A DNA stretch of 64,000 nt from the NCBI GenBank assembly GCA_035356975.1, contig DAORGW010000001.1:4951-68950 (forward strand), read 5' to 3'. Both the position numbers and the translations under genes were made by a program. Positions 36,513 to 46,160 of the stretch are shown here, in pieces (position 1 is the first letter of the stretch; every line of letters begins with the position of its first letter). The stretch is from a bacterium (GTDB lineage: Bacteria > Patescibacteriota > Patescibacteriia > UBA1558 > S5-K13). The notes beneath the pieces were generated by a model that saw only the letters and a program-made list of their open reading frames with translations, was not told the origin of the DNA and ran no database searches.

Positions 36513-38207
36513 TTATAGACTGCATTTGGATTTATCAGAATACTTTGTGTGCAATAATTTTTTTGATAATTTTCCAAGTGGTTTTCCCAAAAATTCCATG
36601 TAAATTTTTATAATATTTGGGTTTTTATGGGCTTGTCTGAATTCCAAAGATTTATCTTCTTCATAAGTTGCTTTTGCTCTTTTTCGTATTATTTCCATGG
36701 TTGTTGGCTTTGGTTGTCCTCCACCACCTATGCATCCCCCTGGACATGCCATAATTTCGATAAAATGATACTTTTTAGGCATTTTCTTTATGATTTCAAG
36801 TATTTTACGGGCATTTGATAAACTGTGTATTACAGCTAAATTTAGGGTTGTATTTCCGATTTTTATACTTGCTTCTCTGAATCCTGAATCACCTCTTAAA
36901 ATTTTAAAATCTATCTTTGAATATTCTCTGCCAGTCATAAAATAATGAGCTGTTCTTATGGCTGATTCCATAACTCCGCCAGATGAGGCAAAAATTGCTC
37001 CTCCACCAGAACCCGGCCCCATTGGATTATCAAATTGTAATTTCCTTTCATCTTTTAGATCAATTCCAAAACTTTTTATGAGTTTCGCGCACTCTCTTGT
37101 TGTTATTACAAAATCAACATCACGGACTCCGTCAACCGACATTTCATCACGACATGATTCATATTTTTTTGCTGTGCATGGCATTATACTTACTAGTATA
37201 ATATCGCGTGGATTAATTTTTGCTTTTTGTGCATAATAAGTTTTTATTAGTGCACCAAACATTTGGTGGGGTGACTTACAGCTTGATAAGTGATTTAATA
37301 ATTCAGGATAAAATGTTTCAATAAAATTGACCCAGCCAGGACAGCATGATGTTATAAGTGGCAAATATTTATTTTGTTTGATTCTCTCAATTAATTCACT
37401 GGCTTCTTCCATTATTGTAAGATCAGCTCCGAAATTTGTATCAAAAACTTTTTTAAAGCCAGCCTTTTTAAGTGCGCCTACCATTTGTCCGGTTACGGAA
37501 ATCCCAGGCTCTAATCCGAATTCTTCTCCCAGTGCAACTCTAATTGAGGGAGCGGTTTGTGCTATTACATGTTTCTTTGGATCTTTTAATAATTCTTTAA
37601 TTTCTTTATAGAATTCTTTTTCCCTGATTGCATTTGTTGGACAAACTAGTGAACACTGACCACAACCAACACAGTTTGTGTCAGCCAATTTTTTATTTAA
37701 TGATTTTGAAACAACGGTTGCGTTAGCTCTGTTTTTATAAGAAATTGCATTTACTGTTTGAAGTTCCCTACATTTTTGTATGCATCTTCCACATAAAATA
37801 CATTTTTCAAAATCCATTACAATATCATGAGAAGAGTCGTCTAATTCTTCTGAAATATGTGGTTTAAATTTTAATTCCTCAATGTCTGGTAAATTTTCTA
37901 ATTTTAACCATTTTCTAAATTCTTCTTCTTTTTCAAAATTACATCCTATTAATTGAGCATTTATTTTTCTTTGTTTCTGTATCTCAGGATTATTTGTCTC
38001 AATTATCATGCCCTCACAAATTTCGTTATTACAACTCGTTATAAATTTTCCGTTAGCCATAACTACACATATGCCACATCTCCCCTCTGACCTTAGATCT
38101 GGATGGTAACAAAGAGTGGGAATTTTTATTCCACTTTTTAGAGCCGCTTCAAGTATCGTGCATTTTTTATTTATTTTTATTTTTTTACCGTCAATCGTTA
38201 TTTGCAT
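36513..38207 (-). CDS. [FeFe]-hydrogenase catalytic subunit (HndD/HydA-like) with N-terminal 2Fe-2S and 4Fe-4S domains
   Basis: H-cluster motifs TSCCPGW, MPCTAKKYE and EIMACPGGCIGGGGQP. Confidence 0.85.
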   Translation of the reverse strand: MQITIDGKKIKINKKCTILEAALKSGIKIPTLCYHPDLRSEGRCGICVVMANGKFITSCNNEICEGMIIETNNPEIQKQRKINAQLIGCNFEKEEEFRKWLKLENLPDIEELKFKPHISEELDDSSHDIVMDFEKCILCGRCIQKCRELQTVNAISYKNRANATVVSKSLNKKLADTNCVGCGQCSLVCPTNAIREKEFYKEIKELLKDPKKHVIAQTAPSIRVALGEEFGLEPGISVTGQMVGALKKAGFKKVFDTNFGADLTIMEEASELIERIKQNKYLPLITSCCPGWVNFIETFYPELLNHLSSCKSPHQMFGALIKTYYAQKAKINPRDIILVSIMPCTAKKYESCRDEMSVDGVRDVDFVITTRECAKLIKSFGIDLKDERKLQFDNPMGPGSGGGAIFASSGGVMESAIRTAHYFMTGREYSKIDFKILRGDSGFREASIKIGNTTLNLAVIHSLSNARKILEIIKKMPKKYHFIEIMACPGGCIGGGGQPKPTTMEIIRKRAKATYEEDKSLEFRQAHKNPNIIKIYMEFLGKPLGKLSKKLLHTKYSDKSKCSL

Positions 38208-38208
38208 T

Positions 38209-39288
38209 TTATTCTATTAATTTATCAAACTCATTTTTAAAATATTTTATTGCTGATTTTAGTGTTGTTGTTGAACTTTTTCCCAGCCCGCATTGAGATC
38301 CATTTGGAATAAAATCAATTAAATCTTCTATTATTTGAAATTCTTCTTTGCTCCATTTGCGTTCTAGTATAACTTGAAATAACTGCAATAATCTAAAATT
38401 TCCCTCTCTACATGGAAGACATTTGCCACAATTTTCATCATTAAAAAATTGAGTTATTGATCTACATATATCAGGAATACTTTTTTCATGATTTACAAAA
38501 ACTATTCCTGTTTGAAAGTAATTTCCTGTTTTTGATATTTCTTTGCATGAAAGAATTAAATCTTTTTGAAATGGAAGACAGCCTCCTGATGCACAAAAGA
38601 AAATTGCTTTTGGATCTATTGCCCCCACTTTTTCTGATAAATATTCTAATGTAATACCTTGCTTTTCTTCGTAAACTCCAGGATTTTGAACATCACCAGA
38701 AATTGAAAAAAGCATGTTATCATTTTCATAATCATCTTCGAAAACTAAACTAGCTCTACATAAAGTTTCAATATTATTTATACAGGTTTTTTCTCCATAT
38801 AGACCAAATTCACTTGGATATGGAGGTTTATGTCTAGTCTCTGCTCTTAAACCTTCAATACTATTTAGAATTGCTGTTTCTTCACCACATATATAAGAAC
38901 CAGCACCAATTATAATCTGTATGTCGTATTTTGATTTTTCTTTTATGATTTTTTCTAAAACTGTTTTAAATTTTGAATATTCTTCTCTTAAATAAAAAAA
39001 ACATTGTTCTGCTTTTAATGCATACATGGCAATATTAATACCCTCTATTGCAAGTTCAGGATTATTTTCTAAGATAAATTTGTCCTTAAATCTTCCCGGT
39101 TCACTTTCATCAGCATTACAAATTAAATATTTTGCAGGTTTACACATTTTCCATTTGAGTCCTGTAGGAAAATTAGCACCTCCGCGACCACAAAGACCAG
39201 ATTTTTCTATTTTTTGTATTACTTTTTCTGGTGATATTTTTTTGGCTTTTTTGAGATTTTCAAAATTTGTTTTTCTTTTTATTTGCAT
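38209..39288 (-). CDS. NuoF/HndC-like flavoprotein subunit (NADH-binding, FMN, 4Fe-4S)
   Basis: GLCGRGGANFPTGLKW motif and a C-terminal cysteine cluster CGKCLPCREG. 359 aa. Confidence 0.8.
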   Translation of the reverse strand: MQIKRKTNFENLKKAKKISPEKVIQKIEKSGLCGRGGANFPTGLKWKMCKPAKYLICNADESEPGRFKDKFILENNPELAIEGINIAMYALKAEQCFFYLREEYSKFKTVLEKIIKEKSKYDIQIIIGAGSYICGEETAILNSIEGLRAETRHKPPYPSEFGLYGEKTCINNIETLCRASLVFEDDYENDNMLFSISGDVQNPGVYEEKQGITLEYLSEKVGAIDPKAIFFCASGGCLPFQKDLILSCKEISKTGNYFQTGIVFVNHEKSIPDICRSITQFFNDENCGKCLPCREGNFRLLQLFQVILERKWSKEEFQIIEDLIDFIPNGSQCGLGKSSTTTLKSAIKYFKNEFDKLIE

Positions 39289-39332
39289 TGTGTTAAATAA
39301 GCTGTCAGCTATCAGCCCCCAGCATCGGAAAA

Positions 39333-39737
39333 TTATATTAATTTTTGTTCTTTTAGTATTTGTTCTAATTTTTTTTCCGTTAAATTTGTAAATAGCTCAT
39401 TGTCTATCATCATGACAGGACCCCTATCACACTCACTTAAACATTGGCAAGATTCTAGTCTAAATTTTTGTTCGTTTTGTCCTATTTTTGTTTTTAATAA
39501 TTTTTCTGCAATACGTAACAATTTTTCCCCATTTTTTATGTGACAAGTTGGGCTATCGCAAATTTTGATTATTTTTTTAGGACCATTAAATAGATTAAAT
39601 TTAGAATAAAAAGAAATTACTTCATAAATTTCAGCCGGTGATTTAGAAAATTTTGAAGAAGTTTTTATAATATCTTCTTGAGCAATGAATCCATTTTTAT
39701 CTTGAATTTTTTGTAGGTGTTGTAATAAAATTTCCAT
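39333..39737 (-). CDS. NuoE/HndA-like thioredoxin-fold [2Fe-2S] subunit
   Basis: CDSPTCH...CQCLSECDRGPVMMID cysteine pattern. 134 aa. Confidence 0.8.
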   Translation of the reverse strand: MEILLQHLQKIQDKNGFIAQEDIIKTSSKFSKSPAEIYEVISFYSKFNLFNGPKKIIKICDSPTCHIKNGEKLLRIAEKLLKTKIGQNEQKFRLESCQCLSECDRGPVMMIDNELFTNLTEKKLEQILKEQKLI

Positions 39738-39814
39738 ATTAATATTTTGTAATTTTATTGTATCATAAAACCCAGTTTTTTATAATAACTGGGTTTTATT
39801 CTGTTAAGTTTTGT

Positions 39815-40849
39815 TTATTGTGTGGCTCGACAGCGTTTTAAAATATACTTTAGATATCTATTGGCATCTCTTGCAGACTTACTTACTAATTTTAATTCAT
39901 CAGATGTTGGTTTGTAGTTGAATGAATATTTATCTGGATCTCCTGGATTAGTCCATGCTGTTGATATAAGATTTTCTGATCTTTCAAGGTGTTGCCTTAA
40001 ATTAGTTCTCGCAAGTTCTAGTGCATCCCACTGATCTTTGCATTGATTATTGTAATGAAAATCCTGAAGATTTTTGTTAATTACCACCTCAATATCTCTA
40101 AAGCCTTTAATTTTTTTGTAATACGGAATTTCTTTATATACTCCTTTAATTCTGTCTTTAATCCACTTTACTCTCTTTTTTAATTGTGCTTTTAGTGTGT
40201 TATATTCCTCAATTGTATTAACTGTGACATTATCGGCTATAAGATTTTTTGCTTCAGTTACATTTCCTCTAATTTGTACAACTCTTTGTAATAGCATAGT
40301 TGAATCAGATTCTCTCATTTTGGATTTGTCTTTATTTATTTTAATTACTGCTTTTCCTTCATCAGAAAGTTGTGTTTCTAGTTTTGTAAAAGATTTAGAG
40401 TAGCTTTTTTTTAGAGAATTAAGTTTTTTAATAAGCGAGCTATTGGTTGTGCTTGCCGAAACTGTTTGAGAGTAACGAGATTCTCCATTTTCATTAACTG
40501 CCGTTACATAATAATATTTAGTTGTTCCTTTTGGAAGACCCGTATTTTCATATGAAAGTTCTGAGAGTTGTTCCAAAGTATATATTTTTACAAATGATCC
40601 GTCTCTTGTGTCACTACGATAAATGTTATATGATGTAGCTCCAGTAGAAGCATGCCAGGATATTTTTATTGTTGAATCATTGATGCCCGAAGCGGTAACG
40701 GATGTTGGTGGTGTTGGAGGAACTTCATTTATTTCATCTGCTGGTATATCACCCGTTGGGGGATGAATTTGGGCCAAAACACTCGTAATAAATATTACTG
40801 GCAACAATATTGTGAGAAATATTATCACTAATAAATTAATTTTTTTCAT
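39815..40849 (-). CDS. Secreted fibronectin type III domain protein, hypothetical
   Basis: Signal peptide, then an FN3-like segment (PTSVTASGINDSTIKISWHASTGATSYNIYRS...YYYVTAVNENGES) and a helical C-terminal half. Confidence 0.5.
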   Translation of the reverse strand: MKKINLLVIIFLTILLPVIFITSVLAQIHPPTGDIPADEINEVPPTPPTSVTASGINDSTIKISWHASTGATSYNIYRSDTRDGSFVKIYTLEQLSELSYENTGLPKGTTKYYYVTAVNENGESRYSQTVSASTTNSSLIKKLNSLKKSYSKSFTKLETQLSDEGKAVIKINKDKSKMRESDSTMLLQRVVQIRGNVTEAKNLIADNVTVNTIEEYNTLKAQLKKRVKWIKDRIKGVYKEIPYYKKIKGFRDIEVVINKNLQDFHYNNQCKDQWDALELARTNLRQHLERSENLISTAWTNPGDPDKYSFNYKPTSDELKLVSKSARDANRYLKYILKRCRATQ

Positions 40850-40899
40850 GGTTTTATTTTTAATTATTTATAATAATAGATATTTTTAGTTTTTATAAA

Positions 40900-41226
40900 T
40901 TATTCTTCGTCTGCAAAATCTTCTTCTATTGAATCAACATCTTTTATGTCAGCATCATTTTCATTATCAATGTTATCAATATTAGATAAAAGTTTGTCAA
41001 TGTCATCAAAGTCTGAGGTTTTATTAATTTCATCTATTTCGCTTTCATTTAGTCTTTCCCCGATTTCATTATTTTCATTAGGGGTTCCATCACCACTTTC
41101 CGGAAAACCCATATTTTGCTTTTGTTGTATTAAGTCTTGTTGTTCTTGTGTTTTGTTTTGTTTTGTACACCCAGTAATCGTGAAACAAAATAAAACAATC
41201 AGAAATAAATAAAAAGCTTTTTTCAT
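40900..41226 (-). CDS. Small acidic lipoprotein, hypothetical
   Basis: Lipobox LFCFTITGC, then a Q/D/E-rich low-complexity tail. Confidence 0.4.
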   Translation of the reverse strand: MKKAFYLFLIVLFCFTITGCTKQNKTQEQQDLIQQKQNMGFPESGDGTPNENNEIGERLNESEIDEINKTSDFDDIDKLLSNIDNIDNENDADIKDVDSIEEDFADEE

Positions 41227-41343
41227 TTTTTTGTTTTTTTAATTATTATTTTAATATATATTTAATTATAATACTTTTAAAAATTTACACAAATTATTGA
41301 CTATTGATTATTTATATTGTAAGATGTCATATAATCGATATCC

Positions 41344-41892
41344 ATGGGAGGAATCATGATTGAACAAGTAAAAGTTGGGACTGATAATGTCCTATCGCTC
41401 GAAGATCAGGCTGAAATTTATGTACAATTAGGCCAATTATTAAAAAAATCCAATCTCTCAGCATCAAAGTCCTTTAAGAGGTTAATTAATGAAATGATCT
41501 CGGACTTCAAGGGCTTTAAACCATGTGGAAATATGGGAGATGTTGTTGTTTGGCCCAAGATGCCATTAAGGTTTCTCAATTTTCGTGAGATTGGATTATT
41601 TCAACACTATTTTTATGTTGAACAAGATGTTGTTTTAAATTCCATCCAGGAAATGAGCCAAGTAAAAATAGAACCCTATGTTCTACGTATGAATAGTCAC
41701 GAAACAATGGGAACCCTCATTGAACTGGCAACCGCAATTCAATTCGGAATTATTAAATATTTTCCAGGAGACTGCATATCGGTATCCGGGGATATATATT
41801 TTTATTTGTCTAATTGTAATACTAATCCATGCTGGAGAATTCACAATGGTCTTCCAAGCACAGCGTTTCAAAAATTTAGAGTGGGACGCTAA
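41344..41892 (+). CDS. Hypothetical protein (orphan plus-strand gene with higher GC than its surroundings)
   Basis: GGAGG Shine-Dalgarno 6 nt upstream and its own hairpin terminator. 182 aa with no recognisable motif. Cys, Trp and Met residues and G/C codons are noticeably commoner than in neighbouring genes. Confidence 0.5.
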   Translation: MGGIMIEQVKVGTDNVLSLEDQAEIYVQLGQLLKKSNLSASKSFKRLINEMISDFKGFKPCGNMGDVVVWPKMPLRFLNFREIGLFQHYFYVEQDVVLNSIQEMSQVKIEPYVLRMNSHETMGTLIELATAIQFGIIKYFPGDCISVSGDIYFYLSNCNTNPCWRIHNGLPSTAFQKFRVGR

Positions 41893-41908
41893 GAAAAAAT
41901 ATTTATCT

Positions 41909-41945
41909 ATAGCTGGTCTTGTAGGGACCAGCTATTGTTTTTTAA
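41909..41945. terminator. Hairpin terminator (9-bp stem tagctggtc/gaccagcta) overlapping the stop codon of the convergent CYTH gene
   Basis: tatagctggtc-ttgtagg-gaccagctat followed by tgtttttt. Confidence 0.45.
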
Positions 41946-42456
41946 ATTTTTTAAGTAACTCAACTGTCGATATTAAAAGACACTTATTCTTTTTTATTCC
42001 TAGTAATTTTGCATATTCATAAATCATATCTAAATCATTTGCCTGAATTTCAAAAAATTCCGGAACAGATTCATATTTATCGTAATATTTATCAAATTTA
42101 AAGGTTAAATCTTTTAATGTATAGATTGCTCTATGGAATCTAGTCGATTCATACTCTACCAGCCCCAATGATTTAATTATATTTTTTGTTTCATGAAAAT
42201 CTGAGGTTGAAAAGCTATATTCCTCACGAAATTCAACAGCAGAATTTGTAATAGGTTTTTTAACAGTTATAAGAGTTTTATTTTCTATTTTTCTTACAAT
42301 TAATTTTGATTCATTGTTTTTATCTTGACCTTCTTTTATGTCAAAAAAAGATGCACATATTTCACCTTCAAAAGTTTTTATAGCACCAAGGGCTAAAAGT
42401 TTTTTTTCTATTTTATCTCTTTTTATTTTTAGAACCTTTACTCTTACTTCTTTCAT
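41932..42456 (-). CDS. CYTH-domain protein (CyaB/thiamine-triphosphatase-like triphosphate tunnel metalloenzyme)
   Basis: N-terminus MKEVRVKVLKI fits the ExExK start of CYTH. 174 aa. Confidence 0.55.
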   Translation of the reverse strand: MKEVRVKVLKIKRDKIEKKLLALGAIKTFEGEICASFFDIKEGQDKNNESKLIVRKIENKTLITVKKPITNSAVEFREEYSFSTSDFHETKNIIKSLGLVEYESTRFHRAIYTLKDLTFKFDKYYDKYESVPEFFEIQANDLDMIYEYAKLLGIKKNKCLLISTVELLKKFKKQ

Positions 42457-42493
42457 ATTTAGAGATTGTCAATTATTTTTTAGTTGTTATTGT

Positions 42494-43378
42494 TTACCAA
42501 CCACCAGATGCACCTCCTCCTCCAGATCTTCCGCCACCAAAGCCTCCAAAACCACCTCCGAATCCACCTCCAGATCTTCCGCCACCCAAGAACCAAAATC
42601 CACCACCAGTTCCAGGTTTACCATTATTTTTTGAAACAGCATAATCAAATAATAGTCCTAGTATTGTTAAAATTATAGTAATTATTGTTCCTATTAATAA
42701 AGTACCAATTATTAATCCAATTATTGCGCCCAGTATCCCACCAATTACACCACCCAGCCAAAACGATTTTGTTTTACCAAGTAATCTAGCGAAAATATTA
42801 AGAAAAAAAATGAATATAGCAATAAAGAAAGATATGGTATTTTCTGTTATTTTTGAGTTTACTTTTGTTTGTGATGTTAGTTCTATTCCTTGTGTTGAGG
42901 AAATTATTTGATCAACGGCTTTATCTATGCCGCCATAATAATTATTGTTTCTAAATTCTGGCTTCATGGTTTCATCTATTATCCAAAAAGATTGCGCATC
43001 TGTTAAATACCCCTCCATTCCATAGCCGGTTTCAATTCTTATTTTTCTATCCTCTATTGAAATTAGAAGCAAAACTCCATTATCATTATTTTTTTTACCT
43101 ATTTTCCAGTCTTCAAATAATTTTACAGCAAAATTTTCTATTGTATCGCCCTCTAGACTTTGAATTATTACTACACTAATTTCATTTGTTGTTTGTTTTT
43201 CAAAATCAGATAATTTTTGCTCTAAAGATTGTTTTTCTTGTGTGGTTAATGTATTTGTATAGTCATTAACAAACCCAGTTGGATTTCCTGGGTTTTGATA
43301 TGCATGTGTCTTATTAAAAATTATCAAAATAAAGATACACAAAAAATATATATTTATTTTGAAAACATTTTTTATCAT
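42494..43378 (-). CDS. TPM-domain (YgcG-like) membrane protein with a Gly-rich C-terminus
   Basis: TPM phosphatase-like fold region (VNDYTNTLTTQEKQSLEQKL...VLLLISIEDRKIRIETGYG), a TM segment, then GGGFGGGFGGFGGG. Confidence 0.7.
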   Translation of the reverse strand: MIKNVFKINIYFLCIFILIIFNKTHAYQNPGNPTGFVNDYTNTLTTQEKQSLEQKLSDFEKQTTNEISVVIIQSLEGDTIENFAVKLFEDWKIGKKNNDNGVLLLISIEDRKIRIETGYGMEGYLTDAQSFWIIDETMKPEFRNNNYYGGIDKAVDQIISSTQGIELTSQTKVNSKITENTISFFIAIFIFFLNIFARLLGKTKSFWLGGVIGGILGAIIGLIIGTLLIGTIITIILTILGLLFDYAVSKNNGKPGTGGGFWFLGGGRSGGGFGGGFGGFGGGRSGGGGASGGW

Positions 43379-43384
43379 AAAATA

Positions 43385-43939
43385 TTATAATTCAACTTTT
43401 GGAGCATTTTCTGTGCCCTCTTGTGCCTCAAAATATGTTTTTTCCGAAAATCCCATCATATTTGAGATTAAATTTACGGGAAGTTTTTTTATCAGTATAT
43501 TAAATGATTTTACTGTATCGTTGTATCTTTGTCTTTCTACTGCAATTCTATTTTCTGTGCCCTCTAATTGAGTCATCAGTGTTTGTACATTTTCTGCTGA
43601 TTTTAATTGAGGGTAATTTTCCATTATAACTAATAATCTAGATAACGCACCGTCAAGTTGAGTGGCTGCTTGAATTTTTTGATCAGTTGTTTGTGCTCCG
43701 GAATACTGTGTTCTTGCTTCTGCGATTTTTCCAAACACTTCTTGTTCTTGTTTCATTATTCCTTTTACAGATTCAACTAAATTTGGAATTAGATCAAATC
43801 TTCTTTGATATTGACTTTCTACTTGTGCCCATTGATTAGTGACTCCTTCGTTTGCATTTACAAGTTTGTTATATGTTGTCCAAAAGAATCCCGCTACCAA
43901 GACAACAAGAATTAAAATAATTAATAGTGTTTTTTTCAT
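43385..43939 (-). CDS. lemA: LemA family protein
   Basis: N-terminal TM, then NKLVNANEGVTNQWAQVESQYQRRFDLIPNLVESVKG. Confidence 0.85.
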   Translation of the reverse strand: MKKTLLIILILVVLVAGFFWTTYNKLVNANEGVTNQWAQVESQYQRRFDLIPNLVESVKGIMKQEQEVFGKIAEARTQYSGAQTTDQKIQAATQLDGALSRLLVIMENYPQLKSAENVQTLMTQLEGTENRIAVERQRYNDTVKSFNILIKKLPVNLISNMMGFSEKTYFEAQEGTENAPKVEL

Positions 43940-44007
43940 TTGTTTTTTATTTATTGATTAAAATATTTATATAGTATATCAAATTTTTGAGAATTTAGAA
44001 ATAAAAT

Positions 44008-44643
44008 TTAAAATTTTTCAAATATAGATTTTTTTCTTTTTTTCTTTTTGTATAAGATGAAAAATATGATGATTATAAATATTATAATCGAACCATAAGA
44101 AATTTCTCTATAATAAGTTTTAAAAATTCCACTATTTGCTCCCAAAAAATATCCCAATAAAGCTAGAATAATATTCCATATTAAAGATCCAAGAGTTGTA
44201 AAAATTATAAAATTTCCGATGTTCATTTTTGAGAGTCCCGCTGGAATAGAAATTAATTGCCTTATTTCAAAAACTAATCTACCAATAAAAGTCGCTAATT
44301 TATCATATTTGAGAAAATAATCCTCTGCTTTTTGAATTTTATGTTCATTTATAAGAAGTAATTTTGCAATTTTTGTATTTGCTAATTTATAAATAATTGC
44401 TCGACCAAGTGTCAGTGCAAGAAAATAATTAAATAGAGCACCAATTAAACTTCCCAATGTGCCACACAAAATTACTAAATATAGGTTTAATTTTCCTTGG
44501 GCTGCTAAATATGCCGCTGGAGGAATTACAATTTCAGATGGAAATGGAATAAAAGAACTCTCAATAGCCATAAGAGCGGTGATGTTAAAATAATTTAACT
44601 GTGAGAAAATTGTTGTAAAGAATGAGGTGATGGAGTGAATCAT
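44008..44643 (-). CDS. DedA/VTT-domain family membrane protein
   Basis: FIPFPSEIVIPPAAYLAAQGKLNLYLVILCGTLGSLIGALFNYFLALTLGR. Confidence 0.7.
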   Translation of the reverse strand: MIHSITSFFTTIFSQLNYFNITALMAIESSFIPFPSEIVIPPAAYLAAQGKLNLYLVILCGTLGSLIGALFNYFLALTLGRAIIYKLANTKIAKLLLINEHKIQKAEDYFLKYDKLATFIGRLVFEIRQLISIPAGLSKMNIGNFIIFTTLGSLIWNIILALLGYFLGANSGIFKTYYREISYGSIIIFIIIIFFILYKKKKRKKSIFEKF

Positions 44644-44664
44644 AGTTTTATAATTTATAAATTT

Positions 44665-45357
44665 TTATTTACCGAGTCTTCTTTGTCTTTTGTTATATTC
44701 TAAAATTGCTTTATCTAATTCTTTTTCATCAAAATCTGGCCAATGTACTTTTGGAAAATAAAGCTCTGCATATGAAGATTGCCATAATAAAAATCCAGAA
44801 AGTCTTTTCTCACCAGATGTTCTGATCATTAAATCAGGATCTGGTAGCTCACCAGTGTCGAGATTTTTAGATATTAAATTTTCCGTGATTTCGGTTTCTT
44901 TTATTTTTTGTTTAATTATTTTTTGAATAGCTCTCTTTATATCATCTCTCCCACCATAATTAAGTGCTATTTGAATAATCATTTTTCCATTGTGTTTGGT
45001 TGTATTTATTGCACTTTTAATTTTTTTTTGAAGAGAAATTGGTAGTTTTTGTAAATCACCGATGTGTCTAATTTGAATTTCTTTTTTATGGAGTTTTTTA
45101 GTATTTTTATCTAAAAATTTTTCAAAAAGCATCATGAGGTTTTTTACTTCTTTTTCGGATCTTTTCCAGTTTTCAGTTGAAAAAGCATAGATTGTAACAA
45201 TTTTGATTCCTAATTTTTGCGCATAAAGACAAATTTTTTTTACATTCATTATTCCTTTTGTATGCCCAATCAGAGTTGATAATCCTTTATTTTTTGCCCA
45301 ACGGCGATTTCCATCAATTGTAATGCTAATATGATTAGGTATTTTTTTTGTTTTCAT
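44665..45357 (-). CDS. uppS: Isoprenyl transferase (undecaprenyl-diphosphate synthase)
   Basis: HISITIDGNRRWAK motif. 230 aa. Confidence 0.85.
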   Translation of the reverse strand: MKTKKIPNHISITIDGNRRWAKNKGLSTLIGHTKGIMNVKKICLYAQKLGIKIVTIYAFSTENWKRSEKEVKNLMMLFEKFLDKNTKKLHKKEIQIRHIGDLQKLPISLQKKIKSAINTTKHNGKMIIQIALNYGGRDDIKRAIQKIIKQKIKETEITENLISKNLDTGELPDPDLMIRTSGEKRLSGFLLWQSSYAELYFPKVHWPDFDEKELDKAILEYNKRQRRLGK

Positions 45358-45409
45358 TATTTGTGATTTAATTTTAAATAATTATAATCTAATTTTTATA
45401 AATCAAAAT

Positions 45410-46156
45410 TTATACTTGAATTTTTGAAAATAAATAAGATCCAATTAAAAATAATAAAAAAGTTATTATTAAAAGTACTATTAAATCAGTTGTGAATGTA
45501 AATTGATAGAATCCTGTAAGAGAGCCTCGTAATCCGTCAACTCCATAAGATAATGGATTTATTTTTGAAACTATTGCAATTGATTTGGGGAGCCCATTTA
45601 ATGGAAAAAGTGCGCCTGATAAAAAAAAAGTTGGCATTACTAAAAAATTCATAATTAATTGAAATCCTTGCATGTCTTCTAAAACAGATGCAATAGCTGT
45701 TCCAAGTGCTGTGAATAAAACAGCGATCATAAAGATAAAAATAAATGCACCAAACAATAAAGAAAAAGAATTAATTTTAAATCCTATTAAAAGTGAAATT
45801 AAAAGAACTAAAATTCCCTGTAAAATTGAAGTTGTCGCACCTCCCAAAGTACGACCTATCATTATTTCAAATCTTGAAACTGGGGCAGCAAGCGTTTCTT
45901 TTAAAAATCCAAATTGTTTATCCCAGATAATATCCATTCCTGAAAAAATTGCAGAAAATAAAACACTCATTGCGATTACACCTGGTGCAAGGAATTGAAT
46001 ATAATTTCCCTCGCCAGCTTTTTGAAAAGTTGGTCCAAGACCATAACCCAGAGCAACTAAAAATAAAATTGGTTGTGAGAGAGAACCTATCATTCTAGAC
46101 TTTGAACGTAAATATCTTTTTATTTGTCTTAACCAAAGTATATATATTGTATTCAT
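45410..46156 (-). CDS. ABC-2 type transporter permease
   Basis: Six TM segments in the ABC-2 pattern. Immediately downstream of the ATPase gene. Confidence 0.65.
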   Translation of the reverse strand: MNTIYILWLRQIKRYLRSKSRMIGSLSQPILFLVALGYGLGPTFQKAGEGNYIQFLAPGVIAMSVLFSAIFSGMDIIWDKQFGFLKETLAAPVSRFEIMIGRTLGGATTSILQGILVLLISLLIGFKINSFSLLFGAFIFIFMIAVLFTALGTAIASVLEDMQGFQLIMNFLVMPTFFLSGALFPLNGLPKSIAIVSKINPLSYGVDGLRGSLTGFYQFTFTTDLIVLLIITFLLFLIGSYLFSKIQV

Positions 46157-46160
46157 ATTT

